Made by a program: the position numbers and the translations under genes. DNA of 64,000 bases from Octopus sinensis (Eukaryota). Below the pieces are notes generated by a model. It saw only the letters and a list, made by a program, of their open reading frames with translations. It made no database searches and had not been told where the DNA came from. Within the stretch, counting starts at the first letter, position 1. Each line of letters begins with the position of its first letter. Below, one piece after another: positions 24,133-37,559 of this stretch. The stretch lies in contig NC_043000.1 in assembly GCF_006345805.1 (NCBI RefSeq), positions 55,056,001-55,120,000 of the forward strand. The letters run 5' to 3'.

Positions 24133-24539
24133 ACGAACATATTTAATCGTATATATATAGAGAGAGATAGAGAGAGGGAGAGAGGGGGGATAGATAGATA
24201 GATAAAAATGCCTGTGCTTTCATTACACATATACGAAAGCATACGTATATGCGCACTTCTGTATGTCTATGGAAACTAACAAGCGAAAGCATCTCAATAT
24301 CTTACACTGAGCATCTTTAAACTAGAATGTATGTAATTAATTTCAACACTTTGTTAATTTACTGATAAGTAGGAATGCAATAATGAGTTGGCATGACTTC
24401 AAGTAAATTTTTTAATGACGATGACAATCTATAATGGATTAATTAAAGTGTGATACAAAAGAGGTTCTGAAGATAAATGTCACATGCCACACCGTATAGA
24501 ATTAAATCCACAATGAATTTGCTGAGACAGCTTCCCAAA

Positions 24540-24680
24540 TCTGTGTGGTAAGAAGTTTGAATTTCAACCATATCATTCCATGTTCAGTCCCACACCATGG
24601 CCAGTATCCTTTTATTACAGCCTCAGACCAACATATTAGTAGATATGTGGACGAAAAGGAAAAGAAGCCCGTCGTATAAC
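24540..24680 (+). mobile_element. Decayed tRNA-derived CORE SINE (same family as 50010-50428)
   Basis: tgtgtggtaagaagttt..gttcagtcccac..aaagaagcccgtcgtata. Confidence 0.55.
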
Positions 24681-24729
24681 TATATATCACGGTAATCACG
24701 GTATTCAAAAGAAATTCGCATGTTGTTAT

Positions 24730-24990
24730 ACATAGCAGCCCGCAGTTCACTTCGCTTCGCTTTACCCTTCGAATGATGGCACTTCGCTGCTTGGGTAATC
24801 AGGCCAACGTTTCCCCTAACGGGAAGGCTACTCCATCTCAGGGTTACCCACTTGCAGGTGAATGGTTGTGATCAACGTGAAATAAAGATTCTTACTCAAG
24901 AACACAACGCGCAGCCGTTCTAAGAATTGAAGCAACAGCCGCACGACCGTGAGTGCAATACCACTCCCTCCAAGTCCACGCACTTTCAAC
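24730..24990 (-). mobile_element. tRNA-derived CORE-type SINE
   Basis: Head gaaagtgcgtgg, CORE-like gttgtgttcttgagtaagaatctttatttcacgttg. Confidence 0.55.
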
Positions 24991-25031
24991 AGCACAAACA
25001 CACATACATGCATAAGTATATGTAGGTAATG

Positions 25032-25078
<47 letters not shown>

Positions 25079-25205
25079 TAATATATATATATATTTATAT
25101 ATATATATATACATATAGAGAGAGAGACATATACATATATACATATATATACATATATATGTACTTGTGTATAAATACACACACACACATACACACACAC
25201 AATAT

Positions 25206-25256
<51 letters not shown>

Positions 25257-25690
25257 ATATATATATATGCATACACATACAAATATATTTTGGATTTGGT
25301 TTGCAAGATTCTGTATGTGAGTTTCTGTGTTGAAGCATAGTTTGTTGTGTCTGGGGGGAATCATTCTGTTTTAGTGCCTTATTATTTAAGACACTCTCCG
25401 GCAAAGTTTCCATTCATTTACTTATTCATTTTATCTCAAAATTTTTGTTGCGTCTTGCAACTTATTCGAAAGTCATATAATCTTCCCGTTATCCGAGCTG
25501 CATTATTTTTCATTGTTTGTGTGAATGTGTGTGGATCAGTTTTTGTGTGTGTACACATGTATGTATGCAGACATATACGTCTGTGTATGCATGTATTATG
25601 TCTGTGTGCACGCATATATGTATGAGTGTACGATTTTATGTATTCTGCATATTCATGTCTGTGTGTTCATATTTGAATGTGTGTGTGTGT

Positions 25691-25726
<36 letters not shown>

Positions 25727-25934
25727 ATGAGTCTGTACCTCTGTCTCTTTGTATGTGCATGTCTGAGTGTGTCTGTGTGTGTATGGGTTTTTGTGACTAT
25801 GTACTGTGTCTGTATGTATGGATGTGTGTCACCATATGTCTCCTTGTATGAAGTGAAGTGTGTGTGAGTATATGCTCATGTATTTCAGTCTTTATTTGCG
25901 TATGTGTGTGTATGTGTGCTTGTCTTAGCAGAAC

Positions 25935-26575
25935 AGTCTACAACTCTTTTACTTTACACTAAGTATATAGACGACATTAATATTCTAAATATGACCAACT
26001 GTATTAACGCTAATGTAGAAACTGAGAGGAACATAATGGAGAGTATCCAGCAAGTAGTTAACACCATCCACCAAAGTAACAAAGTAACTATCGATTACCC
26101 TACTAGGCACCCCAACAATGGACTCCCTGTCCTTGATACTGAACTTTGGTTAGAAACTGCGAACAACAGAGTGCATCCTCCACTCCTATTACATGAAACC
26201 CATAGCTTCGAAATATGTTGTCCACAAGGACCCGGTTTTGTCACACAACCTGAAAATTAACATACTGATAGTAGACTTAGGATAATGAACAACGTGTACC
26301 GACTATGCAAACCCTATGAAACGAAGAAACATGTAGAGAATTTCATGCACTGCATGCAATGCTCTGGATATGATCAGAAAGATAGGGTTGAGTATACAGG
26401 CGTGCTAGATAGCAGTTAGGTAACTTTATATGTAATAGAACCAGTGGTACCTGTCCTAGAAATAGAAGCAAAAACTAGAGTAGAATACAAAGAGCTTGTG
26501 ACAAAGCAAACAGGGTGAAAACGTCGTATAAAACCGACAAATGTCAAGGAGTGATGTTTGTAAAGATCAATCATG
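25935..26575 (+). pseudogene. PLE reverse transcriptase C-terminal/thumb fragment
   Basis: YTKYIDDI..KVTIDYPTRHPNNGLPVLD, then frameshifted HSYYMKP and QGVMFV. Confidence 0.7.
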
Positions 26576-26609
26576 GCGATGGCCGTACAGAGGTGGTCAG
26601 ACAGGAAAG

Positions 26610-27615
26610 CTACGAAGATGGAGAGATAATAAAATAGTGGTGATCCCAAAATGAAGGTGAGCGTGCGTGTGTGTGGGAGAGCGTGTGTGTGCGTGTGTAT
26701 AGGGACTGGTGACCTTGACGTGTGGGTGTGTGCATGTGTAGGTATGTGGATGATGGTGTGGGTACTGTGAAGTGGTCAGTGCTATTGTGTGCGCGGTGGT
26801 GTGATGTAGTGTGTGGTGTGGTGATGTGTGGTGTGTTTAGTTGTGGTGTGATGGTATGGTGTGGTGTGGTGTGGTGGTGTGCCATGATGCGGTGTGGTCG
26901 TGTTGGGATGTGTGGAAACGAGGATGGGGGATGGAGTCTGGGGAGTTAGGGTAAAGTATAGGTTGGGGTATGGGTGGTATGCGAGAGTGGGTTGTGAGAT
27001 GGTGGTGGTGGTGGTGGTGGTGGGATAGTAATATATGGATGATGGGGTTGATATATGTAAGGAGCGAGGAGGTGACGATGAAGGGAGAGGGTGGAAGGGA
27101 GAAGGTGGATAGGAGTGATGAGAGGAAATGTCAGAGAAAGAGAGGAGAGGTGAGGTGAGTGAGAGTGAAGAGAGGAAGTAGGTGTGAAAGGAAGAGAGGA
27201 GGGAGGAGGGAGGTTAGAAGAAAAAGGGAGGCGAGTTGAGACAATGTGGTGCAAAGGAGCAAAGAGAGAAGATTAAGTCCTGTTCACGTGGAAGACGGGA
27301 GCCTGGGTGGGCCCTGGGCAACGTCATTCCGAACATAGACAGGTGTTGTGAATAATGACCGGTAGAGCGGAAATGGCGCGAGATCGGGACGTCGTTGCCC
27401 AGTCTGGTGTCTCGGGAGTGTTCTGCGAATGGGGCAGCCAAGCGGCGTCCCGTTTGTGCGATGTACAGAGAAGGACAGAGAGAGAAGGAGAAGGAGATGC
27501 GGTAAATGACGTTGCTAGATGTGCAGGTGAAGGTGTCAGTGATATGATCAGGTCGATGATGGGTGTTTGTGAGGATAGAGGTGTTGGAGGGTTAGGGGCG
27601 ACTGCGGGCATGTGT
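26610..27615 (-). mobile_element. Second GIY-YIG-only PLE fragment with low-complexity 3' region
   Basis: AQTGRRLAAPFAEH..VPISRHFRSTGHYSQH..REQDLIFSL is closely related to 3412-3777; followed by purine and GT-rich tracts. Confidence 0.75.
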
Positions 27616-28042
27616 GTATATGTGTATGTGTAATCCTATTTAAACGATTATACCTAACTCTGTCATCATACTTGTTATCCTCCTCCGATTGCCAGTCATT
27701 AAACTTAAACCTATCGTTTGCAGGGGGTAGTTTAGATTAACCAGCGGAATTACTCGAAACATTGTAACTGCGAAATCTAATGCGTTTATGTTCCTTTAGT
27801 TTATCTCTCTATCAAATATCTTGAGGTATTTCTGTGACAGCCGACGCAACCACGCTATTCAAGTTATGAGTAAATTTCTTACAAATCAATGCTAATCATA
27901 ATATATTCATAATTATATATAGGATATCATTTGATATTTATATATATATATATATGTAGGATCTCATTTGATATTGCGTGTTGTATTCTAGTTTTATTTT
28001 GATAGTATATATATATATATATATATATGTATACATATATAC

Positions 28043-28074
<32 letters not shown>

Positions 28075-28088
28075 GTATGCATGTATAT

Positions 28089-28142
<54 letters not shown>

Positions 28143-28275
28143 ATATATATATACATATATACATATATGTATACATATATATATATTTATGTAATAGAAA
28201 TAAGATATAAATATATGCATATATACATAGTTATATGTACATACCTACATATATATGTATTTATACATGCATGTA

Positions 28276-28800
28276 TGGGTACAGGATATTAAAAAAACGT
28301 TGAACACAATCAGAAACGAAAATATAAAAACAAAAACATAGAAAACGATCTTTTTTCGAGCAACGAATAAAAACGAGACATGAACATAAAGAATATTCCC
28401 CTTCGTCAGTTGTCCCCTGTTTTATCTACTCTGTGTTCGAAGGTAAGGACAATGCGCGACTTCGTTGAAACAGCCTTTCACGCAAAAGCAAATTAGATAA
28501 AATTTGGGATTATTTTTCGGAGGGTGAAAGTGGTTACAAGAAGAGGACAGTGAGAACAATACAGTATAAACAAACGGTGAGGGTTGTTGAGCCGCCCAGA
28601 ATATAACTCACAATATTAAATAATCTCCCGAATACATACAATTAGGAATGTAATTAGAAGTAACAGTAATATGAATTTCGTCAGGTGTTGGAGTTTTCAG
28701 AATCATTGCGGTACAGGGAAAAATTCTTCCGATATATATTCCTAGTCTTGGTTTTTTTAATAAATTCAATAGTCAAGAAAACATTGTCATTCACCCTTCC
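28276..28800 (-). repeat. Interspersed repeat, possibly a PLE 3' end, carrying a permuted hammerhead-like motif at 28391-28470
   Basis: Related copy at 20195-20365; ends in a TA-rich tract; no convincing protein remnant found. Confidence 0.4.
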
Positions 28801-29130
28801 GGGGCTGCTAAAATAAAATACCAGTTTTATGCTAGGTTAATGCAATTTTCTATGAAAATTGCCAATGATATGTCTATAGAAATAATTATTATTGATTGTA
28901 TTTATTGTAGACACTTCATATGACATTCTTATATTAAATATTACTCAATACCATCGCATTCTATGGCTATGTTAAAACAGATAATGTAAAGCATATGTCA
29001 TAGTTAATATGATTTCCAGAACAGTGTCCACAATGTACATAGTTCGCAAAATGACTATAATTGCGTTGCGTTTATATATTTTGGAAAATATTATTAGGTT
29101 GACTTACGTATTAGAAAAATACAATAATTG

Positions 29131-29183
<53 letters not shown>

Positions 29184-29230
29184 CATATGTATATATCTAT
29201 GTACTTATGTATACATTTATATATGTATAT

Positions 29231-29283
<53 letters not shown>

Positions 29284-30146
29284 ATATGCATATATTGTAT
29301 GTATGTTTATATGTATGCATGTACGAATGAATCTATATGCAATATTATTCACCCAAAATTTTAATGCACCATCAGAGTATGTGCTACGCAATAGTTTTCA
29401 CTTTACTTTTGGTTGCATAAACATTTGGGATTTTATATATTACTTTTTGGTCTGACTTATATCACTAGTCCCACAATTTCGAAGCACATTTTGCTTGTTT
29501 ATTAAATAATTCAAACAGGTGGACAGACCCTTACAGTCCTACATCGAGATGATGCTTTTTAATTTTTTTTAATAATATATTTACACTATGAACTTCAAAA
29601 GAGTGAAAACTCGACAAAGGTCGTTTGGATATTATACCCGTGTGTGTGTATGTCTGTTATGTATGTAGAAATAATATTGCATATATTTATATTCAATAAT
29701 CCTATAAATAATAGAAATTTGGTATAAAATACTATTGCGTGGAAATCCGCAAAACATCGAGAATTGTTATAAAAGTTTTCCATAACTTTTTTAATAAGGA
29801 GGATATTATAAAAGATGTTTGTAATCGTTGCAATAAATTCATGCTGGCTGTTGAAGACTACTCCATGACTATTCACACTGGAAAAAAATATTATAATCTG
29901 ACATTGGGTGTTATTAGAGGCTAATATATAGTTGCAAAAACTACCAGGTGCTATTTAAGGCTGAGTGGTGACATTAACCCCCTTGTTCGAGGTATACTGC
30001 CACAACTGTGCGTCGGTAGCCAGCTGGAAAATATGTTTACCTGGGGCTAAAACATGTAGTAACATCGTCCTAATCAGGACTGCCTGTTTACGTCGGAAAA
30101 TGGATAAATAGATATTATTCTCTCTCTCTCTCTCTCTCATTCTCTG

Positions 30147-30187
<41 letters not shown>

Positions 30188-30224
30188 ATGTATGCCTGTA
30201 TATATACATATATATATATATGCT

Positions 30225-30292
30225 ATGATTATTATGATTATTATTATTATTATTATTATTATTATTGTAGTTGTTGTTGTTGGGACTACTAT

Positions 30293-30346
<54 letters not shown>

Positions 30347-30347
30347 A
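30225..30347. repeat. Compound (ATT)n-(GTT)n-(ACT)n triplet microsatellite
   Basis: Direct inspection. Confidence 0.95.
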
Positions 30348-31087
30348 TTTTGGATCGTGTATGTGTCTTCCTCTCCTTACTTTCGCCTGTGGATGCACAG
30401 GGTCTTCCACCGCTTTCTATAAGTTTCCTGTTGTAGTTTATGATTGTGAAGAGGAAATGAAATAAAGGGTAGGCCAAAAGAACAGAAAGAGAAAAGAGTA
30501 ATAAACAGAAAGGAAATTTTGAAAGTAAGAAATGAAAACAAGATAGAAGAGAAAGAAAGAAAAATGCGAGTTGCTTAGAGAGAAAGATGCATGTGATTCA
30601 AAAGGCAGAATGAAATAGTGTGGGCGGGTTGGTAAAAATAGCAGATGAGTAAGAGAATGAACTGGAAAGAATTAGGGGTGGGGTATTTATTGTTGGTGAA
30701 AGTGCCTTCAAATTTAGGAATAATTAAATGAATATAAATAAAGAAAGTAGAGTGGCAATAAAAATGAACAGAAGATAAAAGTAAAAACAAATTTTAGCTG
30801 CAGGGATAGAGATTAGAGGAATGATCAAAAATATGTTGGAGAAAATCGCAATAGTGACAGATAAAATCAAATGGATGAAAATGTGAAAAATAGGGCTTAG
30901 AGGAAATTACAAAGTAGAGATTTGGAAATGTTTGTAAGAATCTAGTTTATAGTTTGTTTGTTTTTTTTTTACTATTCCCTCTTGTTTCCCCTCTTTTCTT
31001 TTTTTTTTCCTGATTTACATTTCTTATTTTTGGCTTCTACTATTTTGTTCGTTTCTTATAATTTTATGATATTTGAATGCTTACACT

Positions 31088-31166
31088 AGCGCAAGGCACC
31101 ATGCATTGGGACTGAACCGTAGACCAAGCGGTCGAGAAGCAAGCTTCTTACCACACAGCCAGGCAT
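31088..31166 (-). mobile_element. tRNA-derived SINE head fragment
   Basis: gggactgaacc..agaagcaagcttcttaccacacagcc matches the head of 50010-50428. Confidence 0.6.
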
Positions 31167-32319
31167 TCAGTTATAATTTGCGCAAAACTGCTATGCTCGC
31201 ACAAGCGAAACTCAGAATCGCAAGAAACTGACTCGATTAAAATAAAATATTGTCAATCTCAACTATAGTTTCGAGAATATTTTCCTGACAGGCAAAACTA
31301 AACGCGTATGTATGGTTTACATATGTATGTTTGTATACATCATATGGTCATCATAAAGGATATCTCATAGGAACTACCATAAAAAATTTGATTTGGGAAT
31401 ATATGTTGATTATAAAAGAGCGCTCAATAATTAAGTGATGTTCATGGTATTATTCATCCTATATAAGTTCTCTTCTTTTGATCTTTTGGGATCTTTCCGA
31501 ATTTCTGTTTTCCTAGAATTCATTTTTTGTTTGTACAGTTTTCTCGTGCTTATTTGAGATCTTATTTTCAATATGAACGGCTTCCTTTTCGAGCACTTTT
31601 GTACAATTATTTACAGTATGAACGAATAGAAACATATTCAGAGAATTCTGCGACCCACTGACGATACAGCTTTGAAAGTTTAAGTAGTTTGTCTTAAATG
31701 TGTACAGCGTTTTAGTCTGATAAAATTTCGGTCGTATTTTAGCAGTTGAAATCGGCTTGCAGAAAAAGATATATATATTCATATATGAAAGTAGTTGTTT
31801 GGGTTATGCATGAGATGAAGGCGCCATTGTGAACTAACGACCAAACAATCAAAGTGACTAAGTTGCAATACCACACACACATACACACACACTCTCTCAC
31901 TCTCTCTCACACACACATGTACATACATATTACGAAATCATGTAGAAATCCGTAGCACTGGCATTGCATTTCTCTAAGAGCATGAAAGTGATGGAGAAGA
32001 GTCTGTCTGAATAGCAGATGGACCAAAACTATTTCTTTCAAGTAGCGATAATGAAATTGGCCCAATTCATAAATTTAAGACATCGTCATGAAAGAAAGCG
32101 ATTAACTACACATCTGTATATGAAGCTAGATACGCTATGCTGGTGGACATGTTATATATATTTAGAATTATTGTAATTCTTTTCGTAGATCAATAACTTT
32201 ATTTTGTAAGAAATAGAAGAAATGAAACGAAGAAGTATTATTTTACGCTCCTACGTTTAGAATCTAAATTTCTGAGTAGTTAAATTTCCTCTTCAGCTGA
32301 ATAAGAGGGTAAATATCGG

Positions 32320-32520
32320 TTTAAAAGTTTGGCACAACGCCATCAATTGTCGAGGAAGGGTCCAATCGATCCCAGTGCTCAACTTGTACTTATTTTATCG
32401 ACCCGGAAAGTATGAAAGGCAAAGTCGATCTCGGCAGAATCTGAACTGAGAACGTATGGACAGACGAAATGCCACTAAGCATTTGGCCTGACGTGCTGAC
32501 GAGTTTGCCAGCTGGCAACT
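32320..32520 (-). mobile_element. SINE family A, older monomer
   Basis: Conserved body and decayed head. Confidence 0.7.
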
Positions 32521-32534
32521 TTGAGACGGTAAAT

Positions 32535-33149
32535 ATTTTTTTATACTCTACGTATTAGGCCTGAAATTTTTGGGGAAAGGGCCGTTCGATTAGAGTGACC
32601 CCAGTACGCAACTAGTACTTAATTTATTGACCCCAAAGGAGGAATGACAAAGTCTACCTCGGTGGAATTTGAACTCAGAACGTAAAGACAGATGAAATAC
32701 CTATTTCTTTACTACCCACAAGGGGCTAAACACAGAGAGGATAAACAAGGACAGACAAACGGATTAGGTCGATTATATCGACCCAAGTGCGTAATTGGTC
32801 CTTAATTTATCGACCCCGAAAGGGTGAAAGGCAAAGTCGACCTCGGCGGAATTTTAACTCAGAACGTAATGGCAGACGAAATGCCACTAAGCATTTCGCC
32901 CGGTGTGTAAACGTTTCTTATTTCTTTACTACCCACAAGGGGCTAAACATAGAGGGGACAAAAAAGGACAGACAAATGGATTAAGTCCATTATATCGACT
33001 CCAGTGCGTTACTGGTTCTGAATTTATTGACCCAGAAAGAATGAAAGGCAAAATCGACCTCGGCGGAATTTGAACTCAGAACGTAACGACAGACGAAATA
33101 CGGCTACGCATTTCACCCGGCATGCTAACGTTTCTGCCAGCTCGCCGCC
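32535..33149 (-). mobile_element. Second head-to-tail trimer of SINE family A with a decayed 15-bp TSD
   Basis: TTTGAGACGGTAAAT (32520-32534) vs TTTAAGACGTTAAAT (33150-33164), 13/15 identical. Confidence 0.8.
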
Positions 33150-33229
33150 TTTAAGACGTTAAATGTCAAGTGCAAATAATTTTATGGGATAAATTGGTAT
33201 GTGATAGTGCTCGAATAGGACGTATAACT

Positions 33230-33410
33230 GTCTCGAGTCCTAGGAATCATGAGTCCAGTTACTAAGATAACAATATCCTCCACTGACCGGGAAGCCAGTT
33301 TGCCGTTGGGCTACTCATTTACAACTCAGTGAAGTGGAGCTGAGTGTAATGAAGTGCTTTGTTCAATGCTCGGTCCGGAAATCGAACTCTCTAACCACTA
33401 TGCCATACAC
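33230..33410 (-). mobile_element. Decayed CORE-type SINE
   Basis: ctcatttacaactcagtgaagtggag..atgaagtgctttg..ggaaatcgaactc..taaccactatgcc. Confidence 0.5.
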
Positions 33411-34333
33411 TTCGTAGAAGAAATTATTAATATTGATTAGAATTAATATTACGCCATTTACATATTCAAAAATTAATAATCGAATAGGATTTGTGAGGGA
33501 ATGATACCACTCTATATAATATAGATGTAGCATTTTGCTCTTATGAGCAATTTCTGTTCTTCTCTCTTTCTTTTTTTTTTAATCTCTTTAATTGCTGTTT
33601 TATAAGCTAAAACAACCCTAAGATTCAGAACATTTATTTTCTTTAAGTCGTTTGTTTTCATGTCCTGAACACAACATTCTTTTTACAATCAATAAATCGT
33701 TAACGTATAGACAATTTTAGAATAATGAATTACCATTTTTATCGTTAAAAGAATGCTCATGAAAAGTATTTTGCTTCTGCTGTGTTTAATGGAGATACTA
33801 TAGCAAACACCGCGTAACAAGATTGAATGAGGAGTATCATCATACGTGAGTAAATAGAGACAATAGCTATCATTAAACAGTTTATTACTTTGACAATAGC
33901 AATATATTATGTTCATAACAAGACATTTACGAGAGGTGAAATGGGTTTCATCGGTATGTAGATTCGTAATTTGGTGTGAAAATTAATCGAGAAAAGCAAA
34001 TGTTCCAGTTGTACATTTATAGGTAAGTGTATGTTTAGTTAGTTAATAAAATATTTTATATTACATTCATCCAAGCTTTATAACACAATTCCTGACATCC
34101 CACAGGAATCATAATCTACGTTTACTCAAATTATATTACATTACCGGATATTACCGTAGGAGACATATTAAGGGCAATTTTAAATAGTTCAACACAAACA
34201 ATATCTGTCGTAACATTTCAACTGACGTGAAACCATACGTCACAACTACATGCGTGAATACGCGCGTCTAAAAAGTGATAGGTAAATACGAGAAGACCCC
34301 ACCTCGGTTGACATGTACATACAAGCATCTGTG

Positions 34334-34419
<86 letters not shown>

Positions 34420-34580
34420 CATTATTATTATTACGGAGATGTACTTGCATAGCAAGTAACTTGATCTGAGAGATCATATGCTGAAACAAAAAAATTGCAT
34501 CATGGAAGCTGTTTATAAGCCATTTAAAAAACACACAAAAACCGTTAGATTCACTTCAATATTTAAATTTAATTTGTATC

Positions 34581-34612
<32 letters not shown>

Positions 34613-34614
<2 letters not shown>

Positions 34615-35093
34615 TAATCAATATAGGGTGGCAGAAAAAAATTTGTAGAATTCTTTTTGCCACCAGCGGCCAAGTAGGAAAAAATTAAATAGTCATAGAC
34701 CATTTTTAAGTTCAACATCAACAATCAAGAAACGGCCATGATAGGCCATTCACCCACTAGAAATAACAGCCAAAGCTTCAACCGCAAATAAAGATTAATT
34801 CCGTAAACAGGAGAAAATTTAAAAAACATTTACCCTGTAATTTCTTGTACGATGCACCGTTTCATCTGCTGTTTAATGGTAAACTAACCTGATTAAATTA
34901 AATCAAGCCAATCTTCCATAGGCCCTCAGATTCTTCAGCAAGAAATAGCCAAGTCGGAACAGATATTTTCACGAGGCATTTCAAACCCTGCTACGAACAA
35001 ATTGCGGGACCTCCGACTTTTGTGGACAGGCCACGCGTCCAGGTAGCTGCGCTCCAAGCTTATTTTTTTTTCTGCCACCCTATATTGATTAAT
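34613..35093. mobile_element. MITE with ~29-bp TIRs
   Basis: ATTAATCAATATAGGGTGGCAGAAAAAAA at both ends in inverted orientation; superfamily unresolved. Confidence 0.75.
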
Positions 35094-35476
35094 TATGAAT
35101 TTTCTGGTTAATTCCGTAATGGAATCGACGGCTTATATTTATTTGCTGCCGATAAATTTGGCGCGAGTGCGACGATTTGAAAATTTTAGGTCAGATATTA
35201 CCTTGGCAGGGTTTGAAATGCCTCGTGAAAATATCTGTTCCGACTTGGCTATTTCTTGCTGAAGAATCTGAGGGCCTATGGAAGATTGGCTTGATTTAAT
35301 TTAATCAGGTTAGTTTACCATTAAACAGCAGATGAAACGGTGCATCGTACAAGAAATTACAGGGTAAATGTTTTTTAAATTTTCTCCTGTTTACGGAATT
35401 AATCTTTATTTGCGGTTGAAGCTTTGGCTGTTATTTCTAGTGGGTGAATGGCCTATCATGGCCGTTCCTTGATTGT

Positions 35477-35482
<6 letters not shown>
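34715..35482. repeat. Near-perfect 277-bp inverted repeat with a 214-bp spacer
   Basis: 34715-34991 and 35206-35482 are reverse complements; I see one mismatch. Confidence 0.9.
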
Positions 35483-35573
<91 letters not shown>

Positions 35574-36149
35574 ATATAAAAGGAAAGAAAGGATACAAAA
35601 TAAAGGAATGAGACAGAAAGACCGTGATGATGGAATTCATAGCTTTCCCACAGAGAAGGAAAAGGTTTAGCAGACGCCAGGTCACTAAGTTCAGAAGTTC
35701 CTAAAGGTCACTGTCAAGATATGGTGGGAGCTAGAAGCCTTCCACAGAAACGAACTTCCATTACTTCGTACATACACTATCAAGCAAACGAAGCCATAAA
35801 CCAAATAGCACGCGCCACACTACTTGCAAACAAGAAGACACACATACTGTCTTTAGTGTGCATAAAATTACTAGTATATAGTAATGACGATAACAGTTAT
35901 AATAGTCATGAAAATTACAAAGATAAAAAGTACCTACAAAATTTCGAATAAGTATGTAATCGAGTGATATAGTGGGTTAGACGATTATTTCAACTCCCGT
36001 AGTCGACTGGCACAATATTCGTCGGTCCCGTTATGTCGAAGATACAGTCTACCTAGATGACATTGTAATTCAGAATGCAAAGAGTCGGAAATTGTCATCT
36101 ATTATTTAGTTTTCATTATAATTATTATCTTCTCTTATTATTTAGTTAT

Positions 36150-36515
36150 AAGATGGCGTGCTTGCAGAATCGTTAGCATACCAGGCAAAATTGTCCGTTT
36201 TTATGTTCGGAGTTCGAATTCCGTTGAGGTTGATAAGATAAGAACCAGCTGAGTTTTGGGGTCGCTGTAATCAACTTAAACCCCATCCCGGAATTACGGG
36301 CTTTCTGTCAAAATTTGAAATCATTATTTAGTTAACATTATAATTATTATTATCTACTATTATTATTAAATTACTGGAAGGACTTCAGCTGGGAGAAACG
36401 TAAGTGCGCCGAGTGGAATGCTTAACGGTATTTCGACCGTCTTCACGTTCTGAGTTCAAATTTCATCGAGGTTGTCTTCCTCCTTCATCCTTTCGGGGTC
36501 GATAATTTAAGCATG
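36150..36515 (+). mobile_element. Two decayed SINE family A copies (about 36150-36325 and 36380-36515)
   Basis: Heads gcagaatcgttagc / gagaaacgtaag, B-box gagttc(g/a)aatt, body remnants. Confidence 0.6.
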
Positions 36516-36959
36516 AGTCAAGCCCCATATTCCACGTAAACGACTAGGCAGGCACTCCCTAGCACCTGAAAGGATTTAAGATACTTCCATCTTTGGCCAA
36601 ACCCTTATCAACGTTTTCAAGTTTAATTTGAAAAAGAAAGTGAGTGGAGAGGAAAGAACTGTCATCCAGCAATTTTGTTAAAAGGTGAGGGCATGTTGTA
36701 AGAATGTTCCTAGTGAACGTGCTTACTCTAAGCCTGCACCTGTAGATTGATGGAAGTCGATGAGGTGAGGGCACACACCCTAGTGATCGAGGAGACTATG
36801 GTTTTGTAGAGTTTCTATGAACAGCAATTGGAAATCATTCTCTTTTGAGGGGCTGTAGGTTCTTAGAATTAGTATTGTTACTGATTCTACTTTTTACACG
36901 CTTCTTTATATAACCCCATATTGTATTGTCTTGCATCATACATTACGTTGTTTTGTTTG

Positions 36960-36961
<2 letters not shown>

Positions 36962-37042
<81 letters not shown>

Positions 37043-37050
37043 GATGATGA
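36962..37050. repeat. (AAT)n-(GAT)n tract upstream of the Dong-like fragment
   Basis: Direct inspection. Confidence 0.9.
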
Positions 37051-37394
37051 TGATGATGATTGTAGATATTAAGGTTTTAAAATTTACTGGAGATGATTAC
37101 TTTAGCGGCTGGTCGTGTTCTTCGCTGATCTGACCTGTCAGCATATGAAGACACAGAAACACTAATACAACCCAGCTGGACAACGGAAAAATAACTCTAA
37201 AAGATTGGGATATCTACAGTTACTTGTGAGTATTTTGAATTACCCTCAAAATGAGTTAAGTAACTTACATATTTAAAGTTTTCGAACACATAAACGATCA
37301 GCTTTAAAAACGTTAATATCTACAACTTCTGTGAATACTTATTCTTTCCTTTCCCTGAGTATTCGAAAATATAAACACCATCTTTATTCCAAGA

Positions 37395-37525
37395 CTATAT
37401 TGACCCCAGCGCTTGAATGGTGTTTAATTTATCGACACTGAACGGATAAAAGGCAAAGTCGACCTCGGCGTAATTAGAGCTCAGAACGTAAAGACGGGAG
37501 AAAAGCGGATAAGCATTTTTCCCAG
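37395..37525 (-). mobile_element. Decayed SINE family A copy
   Basis: aaaggcaaagtcgacctcggcgtaattagagctcagaacgt. Confidence 0.65.
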
Positions 37526-37559
37526 CGTGCCCGTTCGCCGACTTTAAAAAATAAGAGGA

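Noticed and set aside
22153-33149. CRISPR-like or satellite interpretation of the SINE family A tandem units
   Set aside because: There are no unique spacers; the units are tRNA-derived SINE bodies bounded by TSDs in eukaryotic DNA.
37050-37170. HDV-like ribozyme at the Dong 5' end
   Set aside because: A P4-like hairpin and CTAA are present, but no P1, P2 or P3 could be assigned.
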